The notes under the pieces: generated by a model | Databases searched by the model: none | The model's input: only the letters and a program-made list of their open reading frames with translations | Told to the model about the DNA's origin: nothing | Source: a bacterium | GTDB taxonomy: Bacteria; JACRDZ01; JAQUKH01 | Length of the DNA: 64,000 nucleotides | Direction of reading: 5' to 3' | Assembly (NCBI GenBank): GCA_028719205.1 | Contig: JAQUKH010000008.1 | Coordinates: 1-64,000, forward strand | Made by a program: the position numbers and the translations under genes | In this document: positions 1-9,900 of the stretch, in pieces | Position numbering within the stretch: the first letter of the stretch is position 1 | How the letters are laid out: the number at the start of each line of letters is the position of its first letter

Positions 1-920
1 TTCCCTTCCCCGCCGTAATAATCAGCCCTGCCTGATATTTTATAATTATAATTTTTATAATCCGCGGAAACCATCAGTTTTTTTGAAACAGGATATTCAG
101 CCTGGCCGCCTAAAATAAGGACCTTTTCAGCCGGGTCAATAATATCAGGCTGTAATTTGAAAGCGTTTGATGTCATAGATGAAAAATAATATTCATAGTT
201 TATCCACTGGCTGTCCAGGATCATCTTTAATTTATTAAAAGGGCCTAATGTCATATAATATGAATGTTCCTGCCATACTGATTTTTCAAGATTAATAACC
301 GAACGCCCCGATAATTCCATCTTCTTTAACGGAACAAACCAGGCATCGGCGCAGGCTTCATCACGGATTTTTACGCTATAGTCTTTTTCCATGAGGTAAG
401 AAACACCTAAATTGTAACTGCCATTTTTTCCCTGTGAGATCCTGCTGCCAAAAATATAATTTCCGGTTTCATCAAAATTGGTTTTAACCGTTCTTCCTCC
501 ATACGCGGAAATAGAAATATTATGCTCAAGGTTTGAGGACGCGTAAACACCATCAACTCTTTCATAAGAAACTCCTTCAAAAATATTCAGCCTGCCAAAG
601 TCAAATTTTGTATTCCTGTTTTTATCCAACAAGCTGAAGTATCCATATTGAAGGTCACTATCGAATTTTTGATCATTAAAGCTTTTATCCGCCAGATCCT
701 GCCTCATCCAGCCTCCAAAATGAAAAGATATATCCTTTTTCGCGATATCATTAACATCCAGGTCAAGGTATTCATAAAGCGGCATATTTCTTTGATTTTC
801 CCCGTTCTCCCGCACGCTAAAATAAGTTTTCGATTCCGAGTTAAAATCAAACGCGCCTATTTCTAAAGGCATTAGAATAATAAAAGCTAAAATGAATAAT
901 CGTTTTATATATATATACAT
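1..920 (-). CDS. Secreted outer-membrane beta-barrel protein, 3' end beyond window; resembles porins of Geobacter-type cytochrome clusters
   Basis: Not in the ORF track because it runs off the edge. Manual translation from ATG at 920 is open to base 1: MYIYIKRLFILAFIILMPLEIGAFDF...PLYEYLDLD...SFHFGGWMRQDL...DLQYGY...FGRLNIFEGVSYERVDG. Signal peptide plus aromatic/Gly-rich beta-strand pattern. Confidence 0.7.
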   Translation of the reverse strand, partial: MYIYIKRLFILAFIILMPLEIGAFDFNSESKTYFSVRENGENQRNMPLYEYLDLDVNDIAKKDISFHFGGWMRQDLADKSFNDQKFDSDLQYGYFSLLDKNRNTKFDFGRLNIFEGVSYERVDGVYASSNLEHNISISAYGGRTVKTNFDETGNYIFGSRISQGKNGSYNLGVSYLMEKDYSVKIRDEACADAWFVPLKKMELSGRSVINLEKSVWQEHSYYMTLGPFNKLKMILDSQWINYEYYFSSMTSNAFKLQPDIIDPAEKVLILGGQAEYPVSKKLMVSADYKNYNYKISGRADYYGGEG

Positions 921-976
921 ATTTTTCCATTAAACATTTCTAATAAAACATTATAATGATACCAATCCATTTTTTA

Positions 977-1360
977 CTAAAACAATTTTAAGGGCTCCTT
1001 CATTGTCTCAATATAATTGATTAAGTCCAGGGGATAAAATGGTTTTCTAAAGCACTTTTGAATGCCGCAAAAATTCATTAACCATGTATCGTCATCCCCA
1101 TAAAATCCACCAGTCATGCCGATGATAGGAATATTGTCATATTTTGAAATATTTTTTATTTCTGAAGCCACACAAAATCCGTCTTTCCCGGGCATTTTGA
1201 TGTCAAGTAAAATAACAGCAGGTTTTATTTTGTCTATCATTTCAATCACTAATTTTGTATCATTGATAGCTGTAACATCATATCCGCTTAAAACTAAAGA
1301 TTCGCTAAGTTTATCTAATAATTCCCTGTCATCGTCTATAATCATTATTTTCTTTTCCAT
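977..1360 (-). CDS. Single-domain response regulator (CheY-like receiver)
   Basis: IMIIDDD, LLDIKMPGKDG (phosphoacceptor Asp), IIGMTG and KPF motifs; no output domain. Confidence 0.9.
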   Translation of the reverse strand: MEKKIMIIDDDRELLDKLSESLVLSGYDVTAINDTKLVIEMIDKIKPAVILLDIKMPGKDGFCVASEIKNISKYDNIPIIGMTGGFYGDDDTWLMNFCGIQKCFRKPFYPLDLINYIETMKEPLKLF

Positions 1361-1389
1361 GGTTTTTTTCCATTTACTTACGAAGCCTT

Positions 1390-1782
1390 TTATTTAGTCT
1401 TTTCCGGCATCTTTTCTTCTACTTTTTTTGGCTTTTCAGCTTTTTTTCCCAAAGACTTCAGATAACTGACAATATTAACCATATCAGCGCTTTTAACATC
1501 AAGCCCCTTGCCTTTCATAGGATTTTTAATACACGCGTTTACAGCTTCCTCTATACTCTTCATCTTATTGCCCATTATACTGATTTCTTTTTTATCAGCA
1601 GATTTTTCCAACCCTTTACCATCCGGATGGCATGAGTTACAGGATTTTCCTGCAGTCCCGCCGCCAAACTTGGGGTCATTAAATAATGTTTTCCCTTTTT
1701 TAACATCACCGCCGCCGGCAAACGCTGATGAAAATAAAACCGTAATCATTGGAATTAATAATAGACCTTTTATAAACTTCAT
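1390..1782 (-). CDS. Periplasmic monoheme cytochrome c
   Basis: Single CNSCH motif and signal peptide; start moved to ATG 1782, downstream of an AAGGAGG Shine-Dalgarno. Confidence 0.85.
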   Translation of the reverse strand: MKFIKGLLLIPMITVLFSSAFAGGGDVKKGKTLFNDPKFGGGTAGKSCNSCHPDGKGLEKSADKKEISIMGNKMKSIEEAVNACIKNPMKGKGLDVKSADMVNIVSYLKSLGKKAEKPKKVEEKMPEKTK

Positions 1783-1817
1783 TTGTGTTTCCTCCTTATA
1801 AAGTTGATGCCTTTTAT

Positions 1818-1931
1818 AAATACCGCCTGACGGGAGGATTATCAACTCGCTCTTATTTTAATGTTTGCTTTATTAAAACAAACTTTTTTAATAGATAGCG
1901 AAGCAAATAAGCTTCTCCCGCTGGCGGTATT
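1818..1931. repeat. ~115-bp imperfect long hairpin upstream of the cytochrome c gene
   Basis: Outer arms aataccgcc-tgacgggag / ctcccg-ct-ggcggtatt; inner pairs tcgct/agcga and gtttgcttt/aaaacaaac. Confidence 0.7.
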
Positions 1932-1994
1932 ATCTATATAAAATCAGAAAACATAATCTACAAATAGCGAGAATTATGTTTTCTAACAGGCTTT

Positions 1995-2435
1995 CTATCC
2001 TAAAAGAAGAGATAACTCAACAATATGCTCTTCCTCATCAATAATAATATGCCTGATTTCATGCTCTAAAGTAGAGAATTCATATTTAAATGCTTCCCTG
2101 TTTTCACGTAATTTTTTATAAATTTGGTTATAAAAATCAGCTGCCTCTTTTTCATTCTGCAAATTTATCGAGAGAATATTTTTAAGTTCTTTAGCCGGCT
2201 GTGTTTTTGACATTGCCATGCCGGGTTCTCCTCCCAGGTAACCGGCTATCATGGTGCGAAATTTTTCTTCATGTTTGCCCTCATCGGAAGCGATCTCTTT
2301 AAGGCGTTCAATGATTTTTTCCGCGTTCACGCCCTTTATCATCTCCGCGTGCGCGAGATACTGGATCCTGGCGGCGTGTTCCAGCTCTAATCCCCTGTTA
2401 AGCATTTTAATTAATTCCTCTTTTACCTTGTCCAT
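1995..2435 (-). CDS. Ferritin-like (bacterioferritin/rubrerythrin superfamily) di-iron protein
   Basis: ELEHAARIQY, DEGKH, EKEA and DEEEH carboxylate/ExxH motifs; ATG 2435 follows GGAGGA. Confidence 0.85.
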   Translation of the reverse strand: MDKVKEELIKMLNRGLELEHAARIQYLAHAEMIKGVNAEKIIERLKEIASDEGKHEEKFRTMIAGYLGGEPGMAMSKTQPAKELKNILSINLQNEKEAADFYNQIYKKLRENREAFKYEFSTLEHEIRHIIIDEEEHIVELSLLLG

Positions 2436-2519
2436 CCTGTCCTCCTTTTTTATTTCATTTTTATTTTTTTGCACCGGTGTTTCATTTTTTGATTTCTATC
2501 ATATACTTTTATTAAAATA

Positions 2520-2560
2520 TGTAAATTGGCTAGTTCTACTTTTTTTTGACTTTTTTCCAA
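2520..2560 (-). promoter_or_regulatory. Conserved upstream motif, copy A
   Basis: TTGGAAAAAAGTCAAAAAAAAGTAGAACTAGCCAATTTACA, ending in a TTTACA -35 box and followed by a TATGAT -10 box; upstream of the ferritin-like gene. Confidence 0.7.
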
Positions 2561-2594
2561 AGGCCGTGAATATGGATAAACTGAGATAATAATA

Positions 2595-2626
2595 AAAAAG
2601 AGACCGTTTAATAACGTTCTCTTTTT
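2595..2626 (-). terminator. Probable intrinsic terminator after the OFOR/Cys-rich operon
   Basis: aagagaccgtt/aacgttctctt stem flanked by A/T runs. Confidence 0.55.
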
Positions 2627-2671
2627 CTTATTTTACTTGTTAATATATTACTTTTACAATTTCAATCTTGT

Positions 2672-2851
2672 TCAACAGGGCGAATAGCTCATATCCTGGC
2701 CGCAGCAAACAAGATTGCAGGCATCACAACCGCATGGGTCATCCACAGCGATAACCATGCCGCATGAATCACAGGTGAATTTATCGCCTTTTTTTACTTT
2801 TTGATCCGGCTTCACGCTTTTTTTCTTGTCTTTTGATTTTTCGTTTTTCAT
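2672..2851 (-). CDS. 59-aa Cys-rich desulforedoxin-like metal-binding protein (not in ORF track)
   Basis: Manual translation MKNEKSKDKKKSVKPDQKVKKGDKFTCDSCGMVIAVDDPCGCDACNLVCCGQDMSYSPC*. Strong AAGGAGG SD; CxxC...LVCCGxxM signature. Confidence 0.8.
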   Translation of the reverse strand: MKNEKSKDKKKSVKPDQKVKKGDKFTCDSCGMVIAVDDPCGCDACNLVCCGQDMSYSPC

Positions 2852-2877
2852 AATTGTCCTCCTTTTTTAATGTTTCC

Positions 2878-3732
2878 TCATATAAAATCTTTTAACATAT
2901 TTTTTATCCTGATATTTATTTCTTCTTCCTTTCCCGGCGTAACTTTCAGGAAATTCTCTTCAAAAGCCGGTGAATCTTTTTTGTAATATATTCCAAGCCC
3001 GATAGGCGCGCTGTTATTATAATCCCATTCTCTGATCTTATTCATTGCCTGGTTAAAATCACCCGGATTGTGGCCTTTTATTTCATACACATTTTTATTA
3101 TAATACTCATACATATTAAAAAATGTCACGCAAACCTGTAAAACGTCAACTAATGAAAATCCCTTATGCGTAATCGCTTCTTTTAATATAGTTTTAAGAA
3201 GTTCCAATTGAGACGAATAACCGCGCGCGAGAAATGTCGCGCCGCTTGAAAGCATAAGTTCTAAAGGATTTAGAGGAAGTTCTTTTGTACCGTACGGAGT
3301 CGATTTCCCTTTAAAACCCAGCGGCGATGTGGGCGTATACTGGCCTGTGGTTAAACCATACACACGGTTGTTATGGATGATCATTGTAATATCAATATTC
3401 CTTTTCGCCGCGAAAATCAAGTGTTCCAAACCCTCCCCGTAAGCGTCACCGTCGCCCGCGAAACCTATTATCTTTAAATTGGGATTGGCTATTTTGATAC
3501 CCTCAGCGGCAGGAGTTACCCTCCCGTGAATAGAGTAAAAACTATTCATATTAATATAATCAACTATCTTCGCGTGGCATCCTATACCGGAAACAAGGAC
3601 TATATTTTCAAAAGGTAATCCTTCATCCATCAATGATTTAAGCGCCGCCCTGATCGCGGTAAAAATCGCGAAATTACCGCAGCCCGGGCACCAGGTATTT
3701 TTCGCGTTAGTAGTTAGATCTTTTTGATTCAT
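2878..3732 (-). CDS. 2-oxoacid:ferredoxin oxidoreductase beta subunit
   Basis: WCPGCG, SGIGC, IHGR, GDGD (TPP binding) and YGLTTGQYTPT motifs. Confidence 0.95.
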   Translation of the reverse strand: MNQKDLTTNAKNTWCPGCGNFAIFTAIRAALKSLMDEGLPFENIVLVSGIGCHAKIVDYINMNSFYSIHGRVTPAAEGIKIANPNLKIIGFAGDGDAYGEGLEHLIFAAKRNIDITMIIHNNRVYGLTTGQYTPTSPLGFKGKSTPYGTKELPLNPLELMLSSGATFLARGYSSQLELLKTILKEAITHKGFSLVDVLQVCVTFFNMYEYYNKNVYEIKGHNPGDFNQAMNKIREWDYNNSAPIGLGIYYKKDSPAFEENFLKVTPGKEEEINIRIKNMLKDFI

Positions 3733-3736
3733 GATT

Positions 3737-4972
3737 TTATTCTTTTGGCCTGTTTACTCTTAATTGTTGAGCTTCTTCTTTTATGTTCTCCAAAGACTCT
3801 TTCATTGGCGCCCATCCATACCAATGCATATAATCCGGATTCATATGAAAAGCACCCTGAAAAGCTCTCATCCTGTATTCAAGGAACATTACATACAATT
3901 CCTCTTCAATTTTACTTTTTGCTTCATAAAACTGAAGCAGGTCAGGTGCAAATGTCCAGCCCTCCGGTTTTTTAATAATGCCGTCTTTATAAAGATTTTT
4001 TACTTCCCTGACAGCCTCAGCCATTATTTTATCTGAATCTTTTATTACCATATCACAAGCGTCAAGCTGGCCTTTAGCATATGACGCGCTGTGGCATTTT
4101 GAGCATATTTTAATCATCTTGTCTCTTTCCTGCTGGAATTCTTCTTTTGTAAGTCGGGCAAGCCTGTTACCCTTGACAAGTTCGAGCCTTGCCGTCGGAT
4201 TACCATTCTCATCGAGAACACCGAGCGCCTGAAGAATTACTACTCTGTCATTTAACCAGTCTTTATCATCTTCAGGAAGCCTTAACGCTAGAAAACCCCA
4301 GGAGGTGATCACATTATGGTCCCCATTTGACATATGACAGGTTTGGCATGTCGGCGCCCTTTTGCTTGTTTTATCTTCTATCTGCCAAATTGTCCCGTGT
4401 TTAGATGTAGACCACATTTCCCATTGCGGATGGTCGAAACCCATATGACAGCTCTGGCATGCCCTCGGATCCGATGCTTCTGATTTTTTAAAAGAATGCC
4501 TGGTATGGCAGGCGTCACATTGAGCATGCCCATAACGGTACTGTTCTATTTCAACAGCAGATTTGATCCCCATTTTGTGGCAGCCGGAACAGCCTTTGTA
4601 TCCTTCTCCTGTCACAGCTTTCGGCTGATGAGCCATCATTGGCATGGAAACAGCCGCTGTCCATGCCAGATTATGCTTTCCCGCATTAAATTGTTCTACT
4701 TGTTTTTTGTGGCATTTTTTGCATGTTTCAGGCGTGGGCATCTTTGCCAGTTTCGCGTCATCCATTTTATTATGTTCTTTATCATGGCACGTTGAACAGT
4801 CAATTCCTTTTTTAGACATCTTTCCTTCAAGATGCTGTTCAACTATACCCGGTGTTACTTCTTTGTGACAAGTAATACATTCACTTTCCTTGTTTTCTGC
4901 CAAAGAAATATTAACTGACAAAAATACAAAAATAATACCCAATCCTGTTTTTACGTATCGTGAAGAAAACAT
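3737..4972 (-). CDS. Octaheme c-type cytochrome, hydroxylamine oxidoreductase (HAO) family
   Basis: Eight CxxCH motifs; CHMGFDHPQWE..SKHG and FHMNPDY..WYGW segments; signal peptide; ATG 4972 follows GGAGG. Confidence 0.85.
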   Translation of the reverse strand: MFSSRYVKTGLGIIFVFLSVNISLAENKESECITCHKEVTPGIVEQHLEGKMSKKGIDCSTCHDKEHNKMDDAKLAKMPTPETCKKCHKKQVEQFNAGKHNLAWTAAVSMPMMAHQPKAVTGEGYKGCSGCHKMGIKSAVEIEQYRYGHAQCDACHTRHSFKKSEASDPRACQSCHMGFDHPQWEMWSTSKHGTIWQIEDKTSKRAPTCQTCHMSNGDHNVITSWGFLALRLPEDDKDWLNDRVVILQALGVLDENGNPTARLELVKGNRLARLTKEEFQQERDKMIKICSKCHSASYAKGQLDACDMVIKDSDKIMAEAVREVKNLYKDGIIKKPEGWTFAPDLLQFYEAKSKIEEELYVMFLEYRMRAFQGAFHMNPDYMHWYGWAPMKESLENIKEEAQQLRVNRPKE

Positions 4973-5022
4973 TTTAATGCCTCCTATTAATATATATTTT
5001 CGCAACCATATTATTTTTCCTT

Positions 5023-6714
5023 TTATTCCGCTGGGATATTATTTTTTAGATATTTTTTTAACTCTTCCTGTAATTCGTCTATTGAAAACGGCCTGCCATC
5101 GTATTTTAATATTTTTTCATTTACATCAAATCCATAATATTTAAGAAGTTTAATTAACTGTCCTGTCGCGTTATTTTCCACGCAAACAATTTTTTTTAAA
5201 CCTGAAATTGCCGATTTAAATTCTTCTGCCGGAAACGGCGATAAAACTATAGGATGAATAACCTTTAAACCCTGACTTTGTCCCGCCTCGATACAAACTC
5301 CTTTATTTGAACCCCAGCAGATAATACCAACTGATGAATTAATATTTCCATAAACTCTCACGGGTTTATATTCACTAAGTTCTTTTTTTAAAAATATTCC
5401 TTTGCTGAGCCGCTTCTCGCACATATTTTTCGTTGTTTCCGGGTCTTCTATCGTAATCCCGGATTCATCATGTTCGTAACTGTTTATCTTCACAACCGCA
5501 TCTTTATCTGACGGAAAAGCCAGAGGGGAAATACCGCTGTCAGTATTCAAATATCTTTTATATTTTGTTTTCCTGTCCCATAAAACAGGTTCGCATTTTT
5601 TTATATCTTCAGTTAAATCAATATCAAAACTGTATGTTCCCTCACATAAGGTTTTATCAACGAGCAATATTCCCGGTAATTGATATTTCCAAACGAGATT
5701 CAAACAAACCGCCGACCAGAAATAAGCCTCCTCCGCGTCCCCGGGCGCGATAACCAGGCGGGTAAATTCTCCCTGTCCCGCGTTCAAGGCGAAATGAAGT
5801 TCCGTCTGCCCTGTATAAGTGGGCAAGCCCGTGCTCGGCCCTGTCCTTTGCCCAAGTATGACTACTACAGGCAGTTCTGCCATACCCGCGAAGGTAAATC
5901 CTTCTGTCATAAGGCAAAAGCCTCCTCCTGAAGTCCCCACAGCGACTTTCTCGCCCGCGTAAGCGAAACCCTCTGCCATTAACATTACTCCGATCTCACT
6001 TTCAGGATGAAGGACTTTTAAACCGAATTTTTCTGAAATACCGGCAAGAAAATGCAGGATATTTGAAGTGGGTGTCATTGGATAAGCTATATATGCTTTA
6101 AGCCCCGCCCTGATAAGCCCAAAGCTGATCGCCTCGTTTCCCGTAAATACCGGAAGATTTTTTTGCCCCTTGAGATCCAGCTTTAAAAATTGATCTATTG
6201 AATCATATCCTTTTAACGCAACCTTAAGGTTGATATCAAGTTCCTTCTTGATATTTTTTTTAAAAACATCTTCTACTATATCCCAGCCGATTTCAGCGCT
6301 TTTACAGAAGCTTCCTATGATCCCGGAATTTCGTATTATCGCGTCCGCTTTCTCTTCTTTTACAAATTTTTCAAAAGGGATTCCATTTTTACGCCCTCCA
6401 AATGTCAATCCATCAATTTTGACGAGTTCGGAATCATAGATCAAAAACGAGTTTTGTTTGAGCCTGCTTTTATGTAAATCCAATGTTTCCTGGTTTAACG
6501 CGAGAACGCAATCTACCATATTCGCGTGCGTTAATATTTTTGACTCCGAGGCGCGTATAATAGAAAAGGTATGCCCGCCCCTTATAAGAGAAGGATAATC
6601 ACGATAGATATAGATATTATAACCCAGCCGGCCTAAAATCCGGGCAAGGATTAAACTTGCCCTGTCAATCCCATCGCCTGCCTTGCCGCCGATCAGAAGA
6701 GAAAATTCCTTCAT
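5023..6714 (-). CDS. 2-oxoacid:ferredoxin oxidoreductase alpha subunit (gamma-alpha fusion)
   Basis: IGGKAGDG, YPSLIRGG, YPMTP, ESEI, TSGGGF and RTGPSTGLPT motifs. Confidence 0.95.
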   Translation of the reverse strand: MKEFSLLIGGKAGDGIDRASLILARILGRLGYNIYIYRDYPSLIRGGHTFSIIRASESKILTHANMVDCVLALNQETLDLHKSRLKQNSFLIYDSELVKIDGLTFGGRKNGIPFEKFVKEEKADAIIRNSGIIGSFCKSAEIGWDIVEDVFKKNIKKELDINLKVALKGYDSIDQFLKLDLKGQKNLPVFTGNEAISFGLIRAGLKAYIAYPMTPTSNILHFLAGISEKFGLKVLHPESEIGVMLMAEGFAYAGEKVAVGTSGGGFCLMTEGFTFAGMAELPVVVILGQRTGPSTGLPTYTGQTELHFALNAGQGEFTRLVIAPGDAEEAYFWSAVCLNLVWKYQLPGILLVDKTLCEGTYSFDIDLTEDIKKCEPVLWDRKTKYKRYLNTDSGISPLAFPSDKDAVVKINSYEHDESGITIEDPETTKNMCEKRLSKGIFLKKELSEYKPVRVYGNINSSVGIICWGSNKGVCIEAGQSQGLKVIHPIVLSPFPAEEFKSAISGLKKIVCVENNATGQLIKLLKYYGFDVNEKILKYDGRPFSIDELQEELKKYLKNNIPAE

Positions 6715-6789
6715 ACAATTTCCCTTTAATTAAAGTAACAAGAAAATCTTATAAATATTAGTTTTAATGATATCCTTTTTTAAAATTTA

Positions 6790-6830
6790 TATAAAGATGA
6801 TAGTTCTCCTTTTTATTGACTTTTTTCTGT
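6790..6830 (-). promoter_or_regulatory. Conserved upstream motif, copy B
   Basis: CAGAAAAAAGTCAATAAAAAGGAGAACTATCATCTTTATA upstream of OFOR alpha. Confidence 0.6.
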
Positions 6831-6925
6831 TTTTAATGAATTCAAATAAGGCTGACTAATGCAACGGGGAGAGATTTCTCCCTCCCCATTCATTTTAATC
6901 AGTGATTAACGATTTTCTAACTTTG

Positions 6926-9900
6926 TTAATTTACGGTTAAAGAAAATCCTTTGGTTGCTGTCGTTCCAACGCTGTCCATAACCTGAACTGTAAAATTAAA
7001 AGTACCGGTTGCTGTCGGCGTTCCGCTGATAAGACCCGTACCCGAAAGAACCAAACCGTTCGGCAGGTTGCCTGCTGTTAATGACCAGCTATAAGGCGAA
7101 ACACCTCCGGATGCCGATAATCTTCTGCTATAGCTTGTCCCCAGGGTTCCTGATGGCAGAGGACTTACTGTTGTTATGCTCAACGGGCCAATATTTACTG
7201 TCATTGTAAAAGCCTTGGTTGCTATAGTTCCAACGCTGTCCATAACCTGAACTGTAAAATTAAAAGTACCGGTAGCTGTCAGTCTTCCGCTGATAACACC
7301 CGTACCCGAAAGAACCAAACCGTTTGGCAGGCTGCCTGCTGTTAATAACCAGCTATAAGGCGAAATACCCCCGGTTGCAGTTAATGTCCTGGAATAGCTG
7401 CTACCCAGGATTCCTGCTGGCAGAGGAGTTCCTGTTGTTATACTCAACACGCCAATACTTACCGTTATTGAAAAATCCTTGGTTGCAAAAAGCCCAAGTG
7501 TATCCATGACCCGCACAGTGAAGTTAAACGTACCAACCGCTGTTGGTATACCGGATATACGCGAACCTGTTAGTGTCAACCCATTCGGCAAAGTGCCGGC
7601 TGTTTTAGACCAGGTATATGGCGATATGCCCCCGGTAGCTGCCAAGTTGATGGAATAACTTGTGCCTAAAGTTGCCGCTGGCAAAGGGCTGACGGTCGTT
7701 ATACTAACCTGATTTACAACCCTCAAGGAAAACGTTTTAGTCGCGATGGAACCAATTCCATCTGTAACTTTTACTGTAAAACTGAATGTCCCGGTATTAG
7801 TCGGCGTTCCGCTGATAACACCGGAAGTACTTAATGTCACTCCGGCAGGCAGAGTTCCGGCTGTCCGAACCCACTTATATGGTGTGAAACCGCCGGTGGC
7901 AGCAAGTGTCTGGCTGTAAAAAACATTTCTTATACCCGTTGGCAGCGGGGAAGCAGTCGTAATTACAGGTGGAGCCCCTGCTATAGCGGTATTTGAAAAT
8001 CCGGATTCAAGGGCCATCGTGGGATAACCGGGCGCATTACTGCCGACTGTGTTTGAGGCTGATACCTTGTAGTAATATATTTGGCCAGTAACAATCGTAG
8101 TATCCGTATATGTAGTTACATTTTCTCCCACTGTAACAGTTTCCAGTCCTGTTACAAATCCCGTGTCATTTGCCCTGTAAATATTGAAACCTGTCTCATT
8201 CAAAGAATTATCATTCCACGCCAGATTCACTCCAAGAGAACCAAAAAAACCTTGAGCAGTCAAGTTAGAAGGCACATTTGGTGTAACCCCAACTACCATC
8301 GGGCGCATCATATCATTTTCTTCATGGCCCAGAAGGTGGCAGTGCCATACATATTCCGCACCAAAATTAGCTGTATCATTAATAACGGTAACTGGGTTGC
8401 CGTTCGGGTCTATATTCGTGAATCCCATCAAGGAACCCTGCGGCATCGTTACATCAAGGAGACGAACGCTGTTTGGAATCGGCCATGGAAGATTTTGATT
8501 AACAGGACGAAGTGCTATAATTATATCTTCCAGCGGATTCATCCTGACTGTTTCTTTCCAGCCAATTTCGTTTGGTTCAGGCGGTTTTACCATCCCATCC
8601 CATCCTACACGGTTGATAAGCTGAACATTGAATAGATGAACATGGATGGCATGAGTATCTACTCCATTGTGCGTAATCTTCCATAACTGTGTACCATCCG
8701 CCGCCGCTCCGATTTGAGTCGCATTAGCCGACATCTTGATAATCTCGGTAGGGGGATCTATATAGAAATAAGGAATCGTCGTCTGGGTTAACATGTTAGT
8801 AAACGGTAATTCTACACCCAAAATAGCATTCATTCGTCCATAGTTTGGCTCAAAAAGCTCCTGTATGGCCTTTGGTTTCATTTCCATCGATATTGCTGTA
8901 GTTTCACCAGCCGGGATGAAAGTCATTGAAGTATCCTCGATTCTCGCAAAAGCATCGGCCGGGTAATTCGCGCTGAAGGCCGTATTATAAGCCGCTTGCG
9001 GTACTATTGGCGCGGACTGTGTCGCGGCATAGGCAACCGGCAAGGCTGTCTGCAGAGCCCCCAGATTATAGGCTGGAGCAGGTGTAGTGTTAGATACATG
9101 AATTTGCATTATTGTCCTGGTATTGGGGCCGTATCCCGGCAGCGTAGTAGGAGCACCACCTTCAGGCGTCTGGTCCGGATCTCCTGTATAATAATCAATA
9201 CGCGGATCAAACGCCGGGACAGGCGCAGGCGCGTCGCTATAGAGAATAAGAGTTTTACCTGCGTAAGCGGAAAAGTCAATTACTACATCCGCCCGCTCTG
9301 CGGGGCCGAGAAAAAGCGCGTGATTTGTTACATTTAAAACAACTATGTTCCTTCGATTGTATTCATAAGCAATAGGCGTCGACGGAATAACTACGGGTGC
9401 CGGCAATAAGCCTCCCTCTGTGCCTATCTGTATCATTGACGGACCTATTGATAATGGATCCGGTACCCCACCATCCCTTCCGTCTGTCGGCCATCTCGAA
9501 GGCCAGGTCGTATCTGAGAACGGATGCGGAACAGCGGGAACCATGTTGACTTCACCGGCATTTGGATCAAGCAGTACGCCGGTAGTAGTATCCCACATAG
9601 GGAGATCAGACTTGGCAGTATATAATTGCAGATCAACAAACCTATCATTACAGGCATTCAAGATTCGGAACCTGTAGGCCTTTGGATCCACATTAATGTA
9701 AGGATACGCCGTACCATTTACTATAGGACAATCCATAAAGGCTTCAGGTACCAGACTCGGATTAGGTGTACCCGGTATTTCCGGCGGCTCCCATGGCGCG
9801 TTAATTATGTCGTAATACGGATTTGCAACCGCCCCGTTTGCCAAACCTGTAAATGGCGGCCAGAACCATGGGCCGTAATCCCACCTCCCTATACCGTTAG

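Noticed and set aside
1818-1931. SRP RNA or 6S RNA
   Set aside because: Lacks the SRP domain IV GNRA-loop motif and is short for 6S; kept only as an unexplained hairpin.
2654-2674. Selenocysteine read-through at the TGA after the terminal Cys of the small Cys-rich ORF
   Set aside because: Read-through adds only a few residues, and I see no SECIS-like hairpin directly downstream.
3737-4972. Evidence for ammonia oxidation or anammox
   Set aside because: HAO-family octahemes are widespread, the cross-link Tyr is not evident, and there are no amo, cycA or hzs genes here.
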